Both the position numbers and the translations under genes were made by a program. Shown one piece after another: positions 9,261 to 19,600 of a stretch of DNA of 64,000 nucleotides (position 1 is the stretch's first letter; each line of letters opens with the position of its first letter). The notes below the pieces were generated by a model that was not told the DNA's origin, searched no databases, and saw only the letters and a program-made list of their open reading frames with translations. The stretch comes from an archaeon (GTDB lineage: Archaea > Nanobdellota > Nanobdellia > Pacearchaeales > GW2011-AR1): positions 32,001-96,000 of the forward strand of contig JBDRNU010000025.1 of assembly GCA_043810775.1 (NCBI GenBank). Reading direction: 5' to 3'.

Positions 9261-10361
9261 ATGGAAGACAATAATGATATTCTTGGTGAGGAAGTAAAAG
9301 AAATAAGACCTGCAGAGAAAAAGGCTGAGGTTCATGCAGAAAAGGAATCTGAATTTATAAAGAAGATGAAGCAAAATCCCTGGATGGTTTCTACTTTTGT
9401 ATTTGCAATTGCATCTTTAATACTACTTGCATTATATTTTTATTCACCTAATGGGCTGACTGGAAATGTTATATCTGACCAGAGTGCAGTTCAGGATACT
9501 ATTGAATTAGTAAGCAGAGTGTATGGTGTTGATTTAGAGTATACTTCTGTAGTTGAGGAAGATGATATTTATAATATGGCTTTTACCTTAGATGGGAGCC
9601 CTGTTGAGTTAAGTGTCACTAAAGACTTTGAGTTTTTAAAATTACCAAGTGGTGGATGGATAAGAACTGCTGATTATGATAATGTTGATAATACAGCTGA
9701 AAATCCTTCTGCTCAGAATACTCAGACTTCTGTTCCTAAATCTGACAAGCCAGTTGTTGAGATGTTTATAATGAGCCATTGCCCTTATGGAACCCAGGCT
9801 GAAAAAGGAATTATTCCTGTTGCTGAATTATTAGGAAATAAAATTGATTTTACAGTTAGGTATGTTTATTATGCTATGCATCCTTCTCAAGGTGAAGTGG
9901 AAGAACAGCTAAACCAGTATTGTATAAGGGAAGAGCAGAATGCCAAGTTTATTAGTTATTTGAAATGTTTCTTAGATAAGGGAGATGGAGCAAGCTGTTT
10001 AACTACAACTGGAATTGACAAGACAAAGATGAATGCGTGCGTGCAGAAAGCTGATGCTGAATTTGAGGTTAGCAAGAACTTGAATGATAAGTCATTGTGG
10101 CTGAGTGGAAGCTTTCCATTATTTAATGTTGATAAGGATCTAAATGATGAGTATGGCATTGGTGGAAGTCCTACACTAGTTATTAATGGTGTACAAGCAA
10201 GTCCTTCAAGCAGGGCTCCTTCAAGTTATTTAGCCAGTATTTGCAATGCTTTTAATACAGCTCCTGAAGAGTGCAGTGAAGTTGTTTCAAGCGAGGCTCC
10301 TAGTCCTGGATTTGGATGGAGTGGTACAAGTGCAAGTGGAAGCGATGCAACCTGCGGTTAA
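9261..10361 (+). CDS. Membrane-anchored DsbA/GILT-like thioredoxin-fold protein
   Basis: TM plus TGNVI; KSDKPVVEMFIMSHCPYG (single-Cys SxCPYG); GIGGSPTLVING cis-Pro loop. Confidence 0.75.
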   Translation: MEDNNDILGEEVKEIRPAEKKAEVHAEKESEFIKKMKQNPWMVSTFVFAIASLILLALYFYSPNGLTGNVISDQSAVQDTIELVSRVYGVDLEYTSVVEEDDIYNMAFTLDGSPVELSVTKDFEFLKLPSGGWIRTADYDNVDNTAENPSAQNTQTSVPKSDKPVVEMFIMSHCPYGTQAEKGIIPVAELLGNKIDFTVRYVYYAMHPSQGEVEEQLNQYCIREEQNAKFISYLKCFLDKGDGASCLTTTGIDKTKMNACVQKADAEFEVSKNLNDKSLWLSGSFPLFNVDKDLNDEYGIGGSPTLVINGVQASPSSRAPSSYLASICNAFNTAPEECSEVVSSEAPSPGFGWSGTSASGSDATCG

Positions 10362-10485
10362 ATTTATTTTTAATTAATATGTTAGTTACAGAAAATTGTT
10401 CTAGTGTCAGTATTGAAGAATTATTAAAAATATAGTGTAGCGAACGCATGCACCAAATAAGTCATATTATAAATTATAGTTGATA

Positions 10486-11655
10486 TTAACTAGCATTTAT
10501 GTATTCAATTTCTTCATCAGTTAGCTTTAATTCCTTCTGAACCTGAGGACTTTGAAGTATAGGAAGAAGAATTTTAAATTCATACATTATTCTTTTTGTT
10601 CCGACATGGACATGGCGGGCATATTTCTGAGAAATTGATTTCTTTTTAGCATTTCTCTGGTTAATCATCCAGATTTTAAGTATTCTTGAGGGTTTTTGGT
10701 AGCGAGTAAATCCACTTTTAGCCTCTTTCTTAGCTGAAGCAACTCCTGCTGACATTAGTATATTCTGATAAACTAAAAATCTCCAGTGCTGCTGTCTTCT
10801 TATCCTTCCACGAAAGACATCAGCCAGGCTTAAAGCGTCATAAGCCCGGGCAAGCTCTTCATTTTGATATTCGTTAGGGATATTTTCTTCAAGCCAGAGT
10901 AAAATCTCATCTAAATTTAGGTTAATTGAATCATAAATCACTAAAGTCTCCCTTGAAGTTGGCTCTTTAAATATTCTTTTAAGCACATTAAAAATATCTC
11001 CTTTTTTATCTCTTTCTGCAATTTCAGAGGGCTTAGTTACTAACTGCAGTGTTTGCAAGTCATTTAGAGCAGCGCGAACATCACCGCGCGCTTTTATAGC
11101 CACACTTTTAATCAGCTCTTCATTTACCTGAATTTTTTCTTTTTTAGCTATCTCTGTCAGGATATAAGTTATAATTTTATAATTTAGGTCTTTTAGTTCA
11201 ACTAGCTCGGCTTTTCTTCTTATTTCTGAAAATTTCCTATCCCATATATCATTTGCAGTAATGAGTATTGGATAAGCTGAATCCTTAATTATGCTTATTA
11301 GTTCCTGCAGTCCTCCACGGTCAGCTGTAACAATTCCATCAAGTTCATCTACTAGTATCAGCTTTTTTTTCCCAGATAGGGTGGACTGAAGAGTAGCTGG
11401 TGAGAGTATTGATGCAAGTTTATCTTTATTTCGTAGGTCTGAAGCATTTAGCTCAAAAATTTCAGAATTAGTTTCATTAGCCAGTGCATAAACCAGGGAG
11501 GTCTTGCCTGTTCCAGGAGGCCCGTAGAGGATAATTGCTTTTTTATTTTTAGGAAAGCTTCTTATAAATGACTTAACTAGGTCAACTGCCAGGTCCTGAC
11601 CTTTTAGGTCCAGGAAGCAGTCCGCACGATATTTTTCACAGAGTGTTTTAGTCAT
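10486..11655 (-). CDS. rfcL: Replication factor C large subunit
   Basis: EKYR, GPPGTGKT, ELNASDLR, LVDELD, GDVRAALNDLQ, WLEENIP and LSLADVF...HWRF. Confidence 0.95.
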   Translation of the reverse strand: MTKTLCEKYRADCFLDLKGQDLAVDLVKSFIRSFPKNKKAIILYGPPGTGKTSLVYALANETNSEIFELNASDLRNKDKLASILSPATLQSTLSGKKKLILVDELDGIVTADRGGLQELISIIKDSAYPILITANDIWDRKFSEIRRKAELVELKDLNYKIITYILTEIAKKEKIQVNEELIKSVAIKARGDVRAALNDLQTLQLVTKPSEIAERDKKGDIFNVLKRIFKEPTSRETLVIYDSINLNLDEILLWLEENIPNEYQNEELARAYDALSLADVFRGRIRRQQHWRFLVYQNILMSAGVASAKKEAKSGFTRYQKPSRILKIWMINQRNAKKKSISQKYARHVHVGTKRIMYEFKILLPILQSPQVQKELKLTDEEIEYINAS

Positions 11656-12008
11656 TTTATTCTTTTCATACCTTCAAAATTTATTTTATCTCCTGTTAGA
11701 ACTTCAATTACTTTGTATTTTCCTTTTGTCCATATATCTTTGTGCTCAATAAAATGGGTTACTTCTATTATTTTTATACTTGCTATTGGTCTTGAGAACT
11801 TCCCATCACCTTTTGTTTTGTAAAGGGGGAGTTCTCCTTTTGCCCATTCTTCATCTTCACTTAACCAGAATAGTCTCTGACCTTTTTTTAGGAAGGGATA
11901 TACTTGACCTGGTTCTAGCTTTTCAGGAAGGCATTGTTCTGGTTTTTTTCCTGGAGTTCCAAATTCTCTTAAAGCCAGGTCTGGATTAAATTCAACTTGG
12001 ATTCCCAT
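11652..12008 (-). CDS. Hypothetical protein (probable start MGIQVEFNPDLALR at 12008)
   Basis: Co-oriented inside the RFC operon with ATGA overlap onto rfcL; no recognised family. Confidence 0.6.
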   Translation of the reverse strand: MGIQVEFNPDLALREFGTPGKKPEQCLPEKLEPGQVYPFLKKGQRLFWLSEDEEWAKGELPLYKTKGDGKFSRPIASIKIIEVTHFIEHKDIWTKGKYKVIEVLTGDKINFEGMKRIK

Positions 12009-12351
12009 TTTGAACTTGGAGTGAGTGCAAGATTCCAAAATGAACTTTTAGAGCTTGCTCAAATGTATAGGATGTTTTTTCTTCTACGAGTTTTATAGCA
12101 GTATCATGCTGGTAGGCAATATCTGGATTATGCTTGCTGTCGTCCCAGAGGCGAGTAATATAGTCATGCTCGTTTGGGCGGTCAATTCTTTGTGTAATTA
12201 TCTTAATTGGGCCAGCTCTGCCTTCAAGCTTGAATCCATCTTTATCCCTGCCCTGATATTTTTTTAGGTCAACTTGAACACTTGAAAAATCAATTCCCTC
12301 AAATATACTTGTATGCAATTCTAATCTAAGAGCTAGTTCTTGCGCTTTCAT
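11992..12351 (-). CDS. Hypothetical protein
   Basis: 119 aa; ATGA overlap with the rfcS stop. Confidence 0.55.
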   Translation of the reverse strand: MKAQELALRLELHTSIFEGIDFSSVQVDLKKYQGRDKDGFKLEGRAGPIKIITQRIDRPNEHDYITRLWDDSKHNPDIAYQHDTAIKLVEEKTSYTFEQALKVHFGILHSLQVQNGNPS

Positions 12352-13316
12352 TTTCCGTGACCAGCTAAGACAAAGCTAGCGAGAAGAGATTGGAGCTGGA
12401 TAAATTCATCGCTACCTTCAACCATCCTGAATTCAATATCCCCTACTTTTTCAGTAAGCTTTACTTTAATGTCTGGCTCAATTTGCAGATTCCAGATTTC
12501 TTTTTGAATGGCTTTAATTATATCCTGTCCTGAGATTGACTCTTTTAGCATTACATCAAGAAGTTTTTCTTTTGACTTTAGAAAGTCTCCTGACAGGGCG
12601 TATTCTAAAACTATTTTAATATCTGATGGCTTTGCTGAAGCTACCATTGTATTTACCAGGTCAGAATTTAAATTAGGAGAAATTGAGGCTGTGGCCTGAA
12701 GTAAATTAATCAGCTTTCTGCAGTCTCCTTCACTTGCTTCATATAGGGATTCTAGAGCTACTGGGTCAACTGTCAGGCTTTCTTTGTCTGCTATTTCTCT
12801 CACTCTTCTGTCTAAATCTTTTTTTTGAAGAAGCCTGAACCTGAAGACTGCGCACCTGCTTTGAATTGGGTCAATGATTTTGCTTGAATAGTTGCATGAC
12901 AGTATAAACCTGCAGGTTGAAGTGAAATTTTCCATTGTTCTTCTTAGGGCCTGCTGGGCTTCTCTTGTAAGGGCATCTGCTTCATCTAGAAATATTACTT
13001 TAAATGGCACGTTGCCCAATGATTTAGTTCTGGCGAAGTTTTTTACTTTTTCCCTGACAACATCAATTCCCCTCTCATCTGAAGCATTAAGCTCAAGATA
13101 GCTCTCTTTCCAGGCAGCTCCGAAAAGCTCTTTTACTATAATTAAAGCAAGAGAGGATTTTCCTGTACCAGCTGGACCTGCAAATAGCAAGTGAGGTATA
13201 TTGAGGCTATTTGTCAGGTTTTGAACTCGCTTTACTATTTCATCTTGCCCAAGAAGCTCGTCAAAATTCTGCGGACGATATTTTTCAGTCCAGATTTCAC
13301 CTACCTTTGATGCCAT
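12348..13316 (-). CDS. rfcS: Replication factor C small subunit
   Basis: WTEKYRP, PHLLFAGPAGTGKS, ELNASDERG, LDEADALTREAQQALRRTME and IQSRC; no intein. Confidence 0.97.
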   Translation of the reverse strand: MASKVGEIWTEKYRPQNFDELLGQDEIVKRVQNLTNSLNIPHLLFAGPAGTGKSSLALIIVKELFGAAWKESYLELNASDERGIDVVREKVKNFARTKSLGNVPFKVIFLDEADALTREAQQALRRTMENFTSTCRFILSCNYSSKIIDPIQSRCAVFRFRLLQKKDLDRRVREIADKESLTVDPVALESLYEASEGDCRKLINLLQATASISPNLNSDLVNTMVASAKPSDIKIVLEYALSGDFLKSKEKLLDVMLKESISGQDIIKAIQKEIWNLQIEPDIKVKLTEKVGDIEFRMVEGSDEFIQLQSLLASFVLAGHGK

Positions 13317-13371
13317 ATTTGTGATTATTGAATAGGATTTATAAGTATATTTGTTGTGAAGAATATAGAAA

Positions 13372-13647
13372 TTATACTGGCGCCTTTTCTTTATAATAAC
13401 GAATAGGTATATTTCTTGCTTTTCTTGGATTTAAATTTTTTTCTTCAACCAGTGCTTTTTCTAGAGTTGATTGCTCTTCTTGGGTTAAGGTAGTTATGTT
13501 TGGCACACTATCACGCTTTACACCCCCAATATACTTATATTTTTCCAGTGCCGCAATAATATCTTTATTAAATATATATAATACCTGCTCATGATGTGTT
13601 CCAGCACCCATATGGGTGGCTTTACAAATAAATTTATACCAGGGCAT
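13372..13647 (-). CDS. Hypothetical protein
   Basis: 91-aa ORF with ATG start and TATA-like upstream sequence. Confidence 0.5.
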   Translation of the reverse strand: MPWYKFICKATHMGAGTHHEQVLYIFNKDIIAALEKYKYIGGVKRDSVPNITTLTQEEQSTLEKALVEEKNLNPRKARNIPIRYYKEKAPV

Positions 13648-13719
13648 AATAAATCATACTTTTATTTTTATTTAAATCTTCCTTTATAACTAATTGAAAA
13701 GATATTTAAATCCTCTAAA

Positions 13720-14307
13720 GTGAAGATTGGTATGATAATTGGAGTAGATACTGATGATGTTACAGCTGATTTTACTCCAGCTGTGCTTGATTTTTATAAT
13801 AAGAGAAATGGAACTAGCTGGAAAGTAGAGGATATGTTTAGTTATTCTTTTTGGGAGGTTTGGGGGTGCGCTCAGCAGGAAGCAATTGATGAGTGCAGGG
13901 ATTTTTTCTTGTCTAGAGAGTTTGATAGTGTTATGCCTGTTGAAGGTTCTGTTGAGGCTGTAACTATTTTAGGCCAAGGAAATCGCTTGCCGGTTATTAC
14001 TTCGAGGCCTGTTTATATTAGAGAAAGAACTGAGCATTTTTATTATAAGAAATTTCCACCTGTATTTAATGGGATTTATTTTTCTGATAATAGTTATACT
14101 GGTGCAAAAGCTAATGGAAGCAAGGCAGAATTATGCAGGGAATTAAAAGTTGATAAGATGATTGAAGATTCTGCTGAATATGCTTTGGAGCTTGCAAATA
14201 ATGGCATAGAAGTTTTGCTACTAGATACTCCTTGGAATCAGGGAGCAAGTGGGGAGAGAATTCATAGATTTTCGTCATGGGAAGAAATAACTAAATACCT
14301 AACTTAG
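13720..14307 (+). CDS. HAD-family 5'(3')-deoxyribonucleotidase (NT5C-like)
   Basis: IGVDTDDV (DxD motif I), VITSRP, K, MIEDS and LLDTPWN...SWEEI. Confidence 0.85.
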   Translation: MKIGMIIGVDTDDVTADFTPAVLDFYNKRNGTSWKVEDMFSYSFWEVWGCAQQEAIDECRDFFLSREFDSVMPVEGSVEAVTILGQGNRLPVITSRPVYIRERTEHFYYKKFPPVFNGIYFSDNSYTGAKANGSKAELCRELKVDKMIEDSAEYALELANNGIEVLLLDTPWNQGASGERIHRFSSWEEITKYLT

Positions 14308-14311
14308 AATT

Positions 14312-14632
14312 TTATATTTGAGTTTCTTTGAGGGCTTGATTAATTTCATTAATAATTCCACCTTGTTTTCCAGATGTTATCTTCTTTATTGCTACTCTTA
14401 GTGATGAATCTGCCTGAAGGGCAGCTTTTTCTTGCTCTATAATTTCTTCTAATCCTATATTTAAAATTTCCTCTCCAGTAAGGACAAGGCTTTTAAGATA
14501 AGACTCAATTAGTAATAATTGCTTATAAGCTTTAGATTGCATAAGCTCTTCTTTTGGCAATCCTTTAATTTCTGCCCGCAGGTGAAAATAATCTTCTAAT
14601 AAACATGCAACTTGTTCTGGCTTGTAATCCAT
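14312..14632 (-). CDS. Hypothetical protein
   Basis: 106-aa helical ORF with ATG start. Confidence 0.45.
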   Translation of the reverse strand: MDYKPEQVACLLEDYFHLRAEIKGLPKEELMQSKAYKQLLLIESYLKSLVLTGEEILNIGLEEIIEQEKAALQADSSLRVAIKKITSGKQGGIINEINQALKETQI

Positions 14633-14690
14633 TAGTTTTTAGACTAATTTGAGTTTTTATATATTATTGTTTTAAGAAATATATTTATTT

Positions 14691-14807
14691 TTATTTGCTT
14701 CTAGCTCTACGCTGCTTTCTTTTGTGCTTTTCACGCTTTAGCCTTTTACGCTGCCACTTCCAACGCATCTGGCCTTTCTTTTTCCATCTTCTAGAACTTC
14801 GTTTCAT
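14691..14807 (-). CDS. rpl41e: Ribosomal protein L41e (eL41/eS32 family), 38 aa
   Basis: Below the ORF-track cutoff. MKRSSRRWKKKGQMRWKWQRKRLKREKHKRKQRRARSK matches the archaeal WKKKGxMRWKW L41e signature; TTTATAAA promoter upstream. Confidence 0.85.
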   Translation of the reverse strand: MKRSSRRWKKKGQMRWKWQRKRLKREKHKRKQRRARSK

Positions 14808-14843
14808 ATTAGATTGAGAAAATATTGCTTTATAAAGCTTAGC

Positions 14844-15068
14844 TTAGTTATTGGAATCTTCAGATGTTTCTATAGGATAACAACTTTCACAGTTAGGAGC
14901 TCCACTAATGCTACATTGAGGAGTAGTTAGTGCCTCACTCGGCATTTTGTAGCTTATTATTATACCTATTCTCCGATTATTATATTTACATACAGCTGTA
15001 GTAAATCTTATTCCTATTGGAGTTTTAACTCCTTTTTCTGATACAGTAAGTGTTTCTAAGTCTTCCAT
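14844..15068 (-). CDS. Small hypothetical protein with Cys cluster
   Basis: 74 aa with C...C...CxxC; ATG start after a TATA-like element. Confidence 0.4.
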   Translation of the reverse strand: MEDLETLTVSEKGVKTPIGIRFTTAVCKYNNRRIGIIISYKMPSEALTTPQCSISGAPNCESCYPIETSEDSNN

Positions 15069-15148
15069 GTTTTTTAATTAATTAAAGGGTTTATAAAGTT
15101 TATCCTATGTACATAAAACTTTAATAATCTTTATTTCTAGCTAGAATA

Positions 15149-15553
15149 ATGAAGATTTATGTGGGAGCTAGGTTTACCAAGAAGGAAGAGGTTATTAAGC
15201 TTCATAAGATACTAAAAGAAAAAGGGCATGAGATTACTTGTGACTGGACTACTCATTTGCCTATTAGCCCGTATGATAAGAATCAAGAACTAGCGTGAGA
15301 TTATGCTATAGAAGATATTAATGGGGTTAATAAGTGTGATATATTTATTTTTCTAACTAATAATGAAGGAAGTACTGGTTTGTTTGTTGAGTTGGGTGCT
15401 GCTATTTTATCTAGTGTTAGATTTGGCAAGCCATTAATTTATGTGGTTGGAGATAATTTAGGCAGGTCTATATTTTATTATCATCCTTCAGTTAAGCTAG
15501 TTAAAAATATTGCTCAGGTTTTAGAAGAAATTGACAATCTAGCCTATATATGA
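15149..15553 (+). pseudogene. Nucleoside 2-deoxyribosyltransferase-like gene with in-frame TGA at 15296-15298
   Basis: MKIYVGARF...KGHEITCDWTTH...QELA*DYAIEDINGVNKCDIFIFL...STGLFVELGAA...SIFYYHP; NDT motifs occur on both sides of the stop in one frame. Confidence 0.8.
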
Positions 15554-15928
15554 AGGCATCTTGCTTGCTGGTTTATGAAGCTCGTCCATGAATTTATTAA
15601 GTTTTTCAATTGTCAGGGGAGATAGATGCTCTAGCTCGTGGGCAAGTTTTAGTGACTGAAATTTATTATGTTTTAGTATATGCTTGGCAAATTTATTAAT
15701 TGTTTTGTGATGATGGGCTATTTGCCTTGCCTGTTTTAGCCCTTGAGAAGTAAATTTAACTTTTGAGTATGGATTAATTTTAATTAGCTTTAGTTTAGAA
15801 AGTTTCTTGAGCATTTCTGATACGCTTGGTTTGCTTATTTTAAGATTTGAGGCTATGTCTACTGATTTTATTTGTTTTTTTTCAAGTAATAAACTATACA
15901 TAACTCTTAGGTAATCCTCTTTTTCCAT
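15539..15928 (-). CDS. DtxR/MntR-family metal-dependent regulator
   Basis: EDYLRVMY, DIASNLKISKPSVSEMLKKL and AHELEH. Confidence 0.9.
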   Translation of the reverse strand: MEKEDYLRVMYSLLLEKKQIKSVDIASNLKISKPSVSEMLKKLSKLKLIKINPYSKVKFTSQGLKQARQIAHHHKTINKFAKHILKHNKFQSLKLAHELEHLSPLTIEKLNKFMDELHKPASKMPSYIG

Positions 15929-15932
15929 TAAT

Positions 15933-15948
15933 GTTAGGTACGCCTAAC
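15933..15948. promoter_or_regulatory. DtxR/MntR-type operator
   Basis: GTTAGG-TACG-CCTAAC inverted repeat with TTAGG half-sites, 5 bp upstream of the regulator start. Confidence 0.75.
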
Positions 15949-16005
15949 TTATTTAAATATCTTTCTATTAATAACTTTTATATATTGCTTATTCTTGTAT
16001 ATTTG

Positions 16006-16665
16006 ATGTATGGATTTGATAAAAAAGAGGTAAAAATATTCAAGAGGCTAAACTCCCCTAAAAAAATTCAGCAGTTTTTAGACAAGCTAGAGATGAATTT
16101 TGAAGAGAGAGGAGATACTTGCATGAGTCCAAGGCAGGTTTTAATGACTGGAAAGGCTCATTGCATTGAAGGAGCTATTTTTGCTGCAGCTGCTTTACGC
16201 TTTCATAACTTTAAGCCTTTGATAGTGGATTTAGAGGCTAGTGATAAGGATGATGACCATGTTGTTGCTGTTTTTAAGAATAGGGGGAAGTGGGGGGCTA
16301 TCTCGAAAACTAATCATGGAGTTTTGCGATATAGGGAGCCAATTTATCGGGATGTTCGAGAGCTTGTAATGAGTTATTTTCACGAGTATTTTACTCATGA
16401 TGGCGAGAAGACTTTGAGAGCTTATTCAAGGCCAGTAAACCTGGCTAGATTTGATAAGCTAAACTGGACAACTTCTGGAGAAGATATTTGGTTTATTCCT
16501 GAGCATTTAGTTGATATCAAGCATTTTCCTATTATTGACAGGAAGCAGGTAGCTGGATTAATTGAGCCTCATCCTATTGAGGTAGCTATTGGAAAGATTG
16601 TTGAAAATAAAGATCCTGTAAATAGAAATAAGGAAGAAAAAGTTTATAATGACTTGTTTCCATAG
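16006..16665 (+). CDS. Conserved hypothetical protein, possibly transglutaminase/papain-like
   Basis: AHCIEGA Cys and DDDHVVAVF His motifs; likely ATG at 16006 because the track start overlaps the operator. Confidence 0.55.
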   Translation: MYGFDKKEVKIFKRLNSPKKIQQFLDKLEMNFEERGDTCMSPRQVLMTGKAHCIEGAIFAAAALRFHNFKPLIVDLEASDKDDDHVVAVFKNRGKWGAISKTNHGVLRYREPIYRDVRELVMSYFHEYFTHDGEKTLRAYSRPVNLARFDKLNWTTSGEDIWFIPEHLVDIKHFPIIDRKQVAGLIEPHPIEVAIGKIVENKDPVNRNKEEKVYNDLFP

Positions 16666-16671
16666 TTTACA

Positions 16672-19600
16672 ATGTTAAAAAGAGAGGTTTTTGCAGTATT
16701 TATTGTAGTTTTTATTATATTTTCACTAATGATTGTTTCTTCTCAAAATATTATAAAAAAACAGCGTTCTTTTAATATTACAGATGAGGGATTGATTCAG
16801 ATAGATGAAAAGACTGATTATATTCCTGAAAAGCAGACTTATATTCTTGAATTTAAAGAAGAGCCGGTATTGAAAAAAGAGATACAGCTTGAAAATGAAA
16901 TAAGGGAGCTTGAGATAAAAGCAATGGTACAGGCAGGCCAAGGAAAAATATCCGGTGCAAGCAGGACCGAATCTCAGGTTAATGCAAAGAAAACCCAGAA
17001 GCAACAGGAAATTTCTAATTATAGAAAAAAGCTGGAAATTGAGCATGAATTTGCACTTGCTGACATAAAGAATAAGCTTGATAAGAAAACATTTATTGGA
17101 AATGTTATTTTTAATTTAAAGAGCATTACTGGAAACGCAATTTTTATGATTTCAGATAATCTTATCTTCTTTTCCCCAGAAGAAAAAATTAAGCCAGAAA
17201 AAGAGTATTTCAATACATTTAATGGAGCTGTAGTTGATTTAACCAGGGAGGAATTAGAAAAAGTAAAAAAATCTTCTTATGTTAAGGAGATTTATCCTGA
17301 TGTTGAGCTTCAGGTGATTTTAGATGATTCAGTACCTCTGATGAATGCAGATGATGTCTGGAGGTTAGTTGATTGGGAGGGAAAAAATATTACTGGTCAA
17401 GGAATGACTATTGCTATTGTTGATACTGGAATAAATTATACTCATTCTGATTTAGGAAGATGTACTAGTGAGGAGTTTTTAAATGGCAACTGTGAAAAGG
17501 TAATTGGAGGATATGATTTTTTTAATGAAGACAGTGACCCAATGGATGACCATGGGCATGGAACTCACTGTGCAGCCACTGCTGCTGGAAAAGGAGATGA
17601 ATCTCTTCAAGTAACTCTTAGAAATTCCAGCTCACTTGAATTTTCAATTGGGCCAGACTATATTGTAATGACTGGCGTGTTAAAAAATGGATATTTTCCA
17701 ATATATTTAGTTTATGGAAATGGAACTTATTTTACAAATCCTGGAAGAAACGACTTAAATAAACTAGTTAGTTCTTCGACTAGTAATATTTTGTTTAATA
17801 GCAGTAGTGATGAACAGTTTATTGCAAGCTGGAACTCCAGTACAGGAGCTGAATCTTATGTCTTGAGTGCAACTATCACAACAAAAGATAGTGCAAATAG
17901 AACAACTATTATTAATAAAATTACAACTAGTGATGTTTGCACTGATTTAACTGAAGGAGATACTTGTTATGTAGGAAATGTTGTCTTAACTGTAAATGAG
18001 GTGTATGTTATAGGAAATACTAAGTGGGTGGATTTGAGTATAGGTGCAGGAGGAAGTTTTGACAAGGTTTTTGATGTAAACAGAACTTATATTTATCTTC
18101 CTTTGAAAGAAAATCTTCCTAATAGAACTTATGTTACTGAAATTTATAGCTCAGATGACAGTATTCTTAGTTCTTGTAATTATTATTGGTGGAGCGAAAA
18201 TGTTGAGTTTGGTGCATGTAGTGGTGGAGGGGGTGGAGGGGGTGGGGAAATTTATGTGGGATTAAATGGGGTGGCTCCAGATACTAAGATATATTCATAT
18301 AAAGTGTGCAGTTCTGGTGGGAGTTGCCCAAGCGTAGATATTATGCAGGCTTTTGAGGCTGCAGTTGATCCTAATAATGATGGGGATTTTTCTGATATGG
18401 TTGATGTAGTTAGTGTAAGTTTAGGGGGCAATGGAAATCCAGATGATGTTCTAAGTAAATCTGCTGATACAATGGTTGAAGCAGGAGTAGTTGCAGTTAT
18501 TGCAGCTGCTAATGCTGGACCGTTAGAAGGTACAATTGGCAGTCCAGGCACATCGAGAAAAGCAATTACAGTAGGAGCAAGTGATAAAAATGACATTATA
18601 GCTGTTTTTAGTTCTAGAGGGCCGGTAGTATGGGAAGATGAAAATAATATAAATAGAACAATGATTAAGCCAGATGTAGTTGCACCAGGAGTTAATATCT
18701 GTGCAGCACAACATGATAGTGCTTGGCAGTATAGCAAGTGTCTTGATGATATACATGTTGCAATATCTGGAACTTCAATGGCAACCCCTCATGTTGCAGG
18801 AGCTGCTGCTTTAATAAAGCAGGCGCATCCTGACTGGACTCCAGCTCAAATAAAATCAGCCTTAAAGAATACTGCAGTTGATATTGGTGAAAATTTATTC
18901 ACTCAGGGAGCAGGAAGAATTAATGTTTTAGAAGCTGTAAGTTTGAATAATTCTTTAGTTATTAATATGGATATTTATCAAGACGGAGAGAATATTATTA
19001 TTAACACTGAAATAACTGGAGAAAATTTAGACAGTTATATTCTTGATTATAAAATAGGGGAAAATGAGTGGAGTGGGTTTGACTCTGGCAGTTTAAATCC
19101 TTTTGGAGATGAATTAATCTTTAGTTATGATTCAACTGAACTAGATAGTGGTTGGGTGTTTTTTAGAGTTAGTGTAAATGATTCAAGTAGTGAGAATTTT
19201 TTTGAGCAGGCTGTATTTAAAATTGATAATTTTAAGATTGCCCAAGCTGGGACGGGGGGATATTTAGTTGAAAGCAGTGAAGATGTTTTTGCAGAGGTGA
19301 CAAGTGGAGAGTATGTTAGTTATGATATTTATATGAGCAGGATGCTGTCTAGCGGTAATTATAGCGAGTGGTTTAGTGTTTATGCTTCTTCTCAGCCATT
19401 AGAAACAGGAAAAATTGCAACTTTAGATGTTGATTCTTTAGAAGATGGAAAATATCAGATGAAAATTGTGGCAATTACAGAGCAAGCTAATCAGGTAGAG
19501 GGTGAGATTTATAAGAAAGTAGTTGTATTAAAAAGTTTTAGAGGAGGAATAATTAGAGAGACTGTACAAATTGAGCCGGGTTATATTTCTGTTGAGAAAA

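Noticed and set aside
5845-15298. Genome-wide stop-codon reassignment suggested by two in-frame stops
   Set aside because: The stops differ (TAA and TGA), and both are used as true terminators by conserved genes here (rfcS and pheS end in TGA, pheT in TAA).
17596-18258. Intein in the subtilase
   Set aside because: No N-terminal Cys/Ser, no His-Asn end and no LAGLIDADG motifs.
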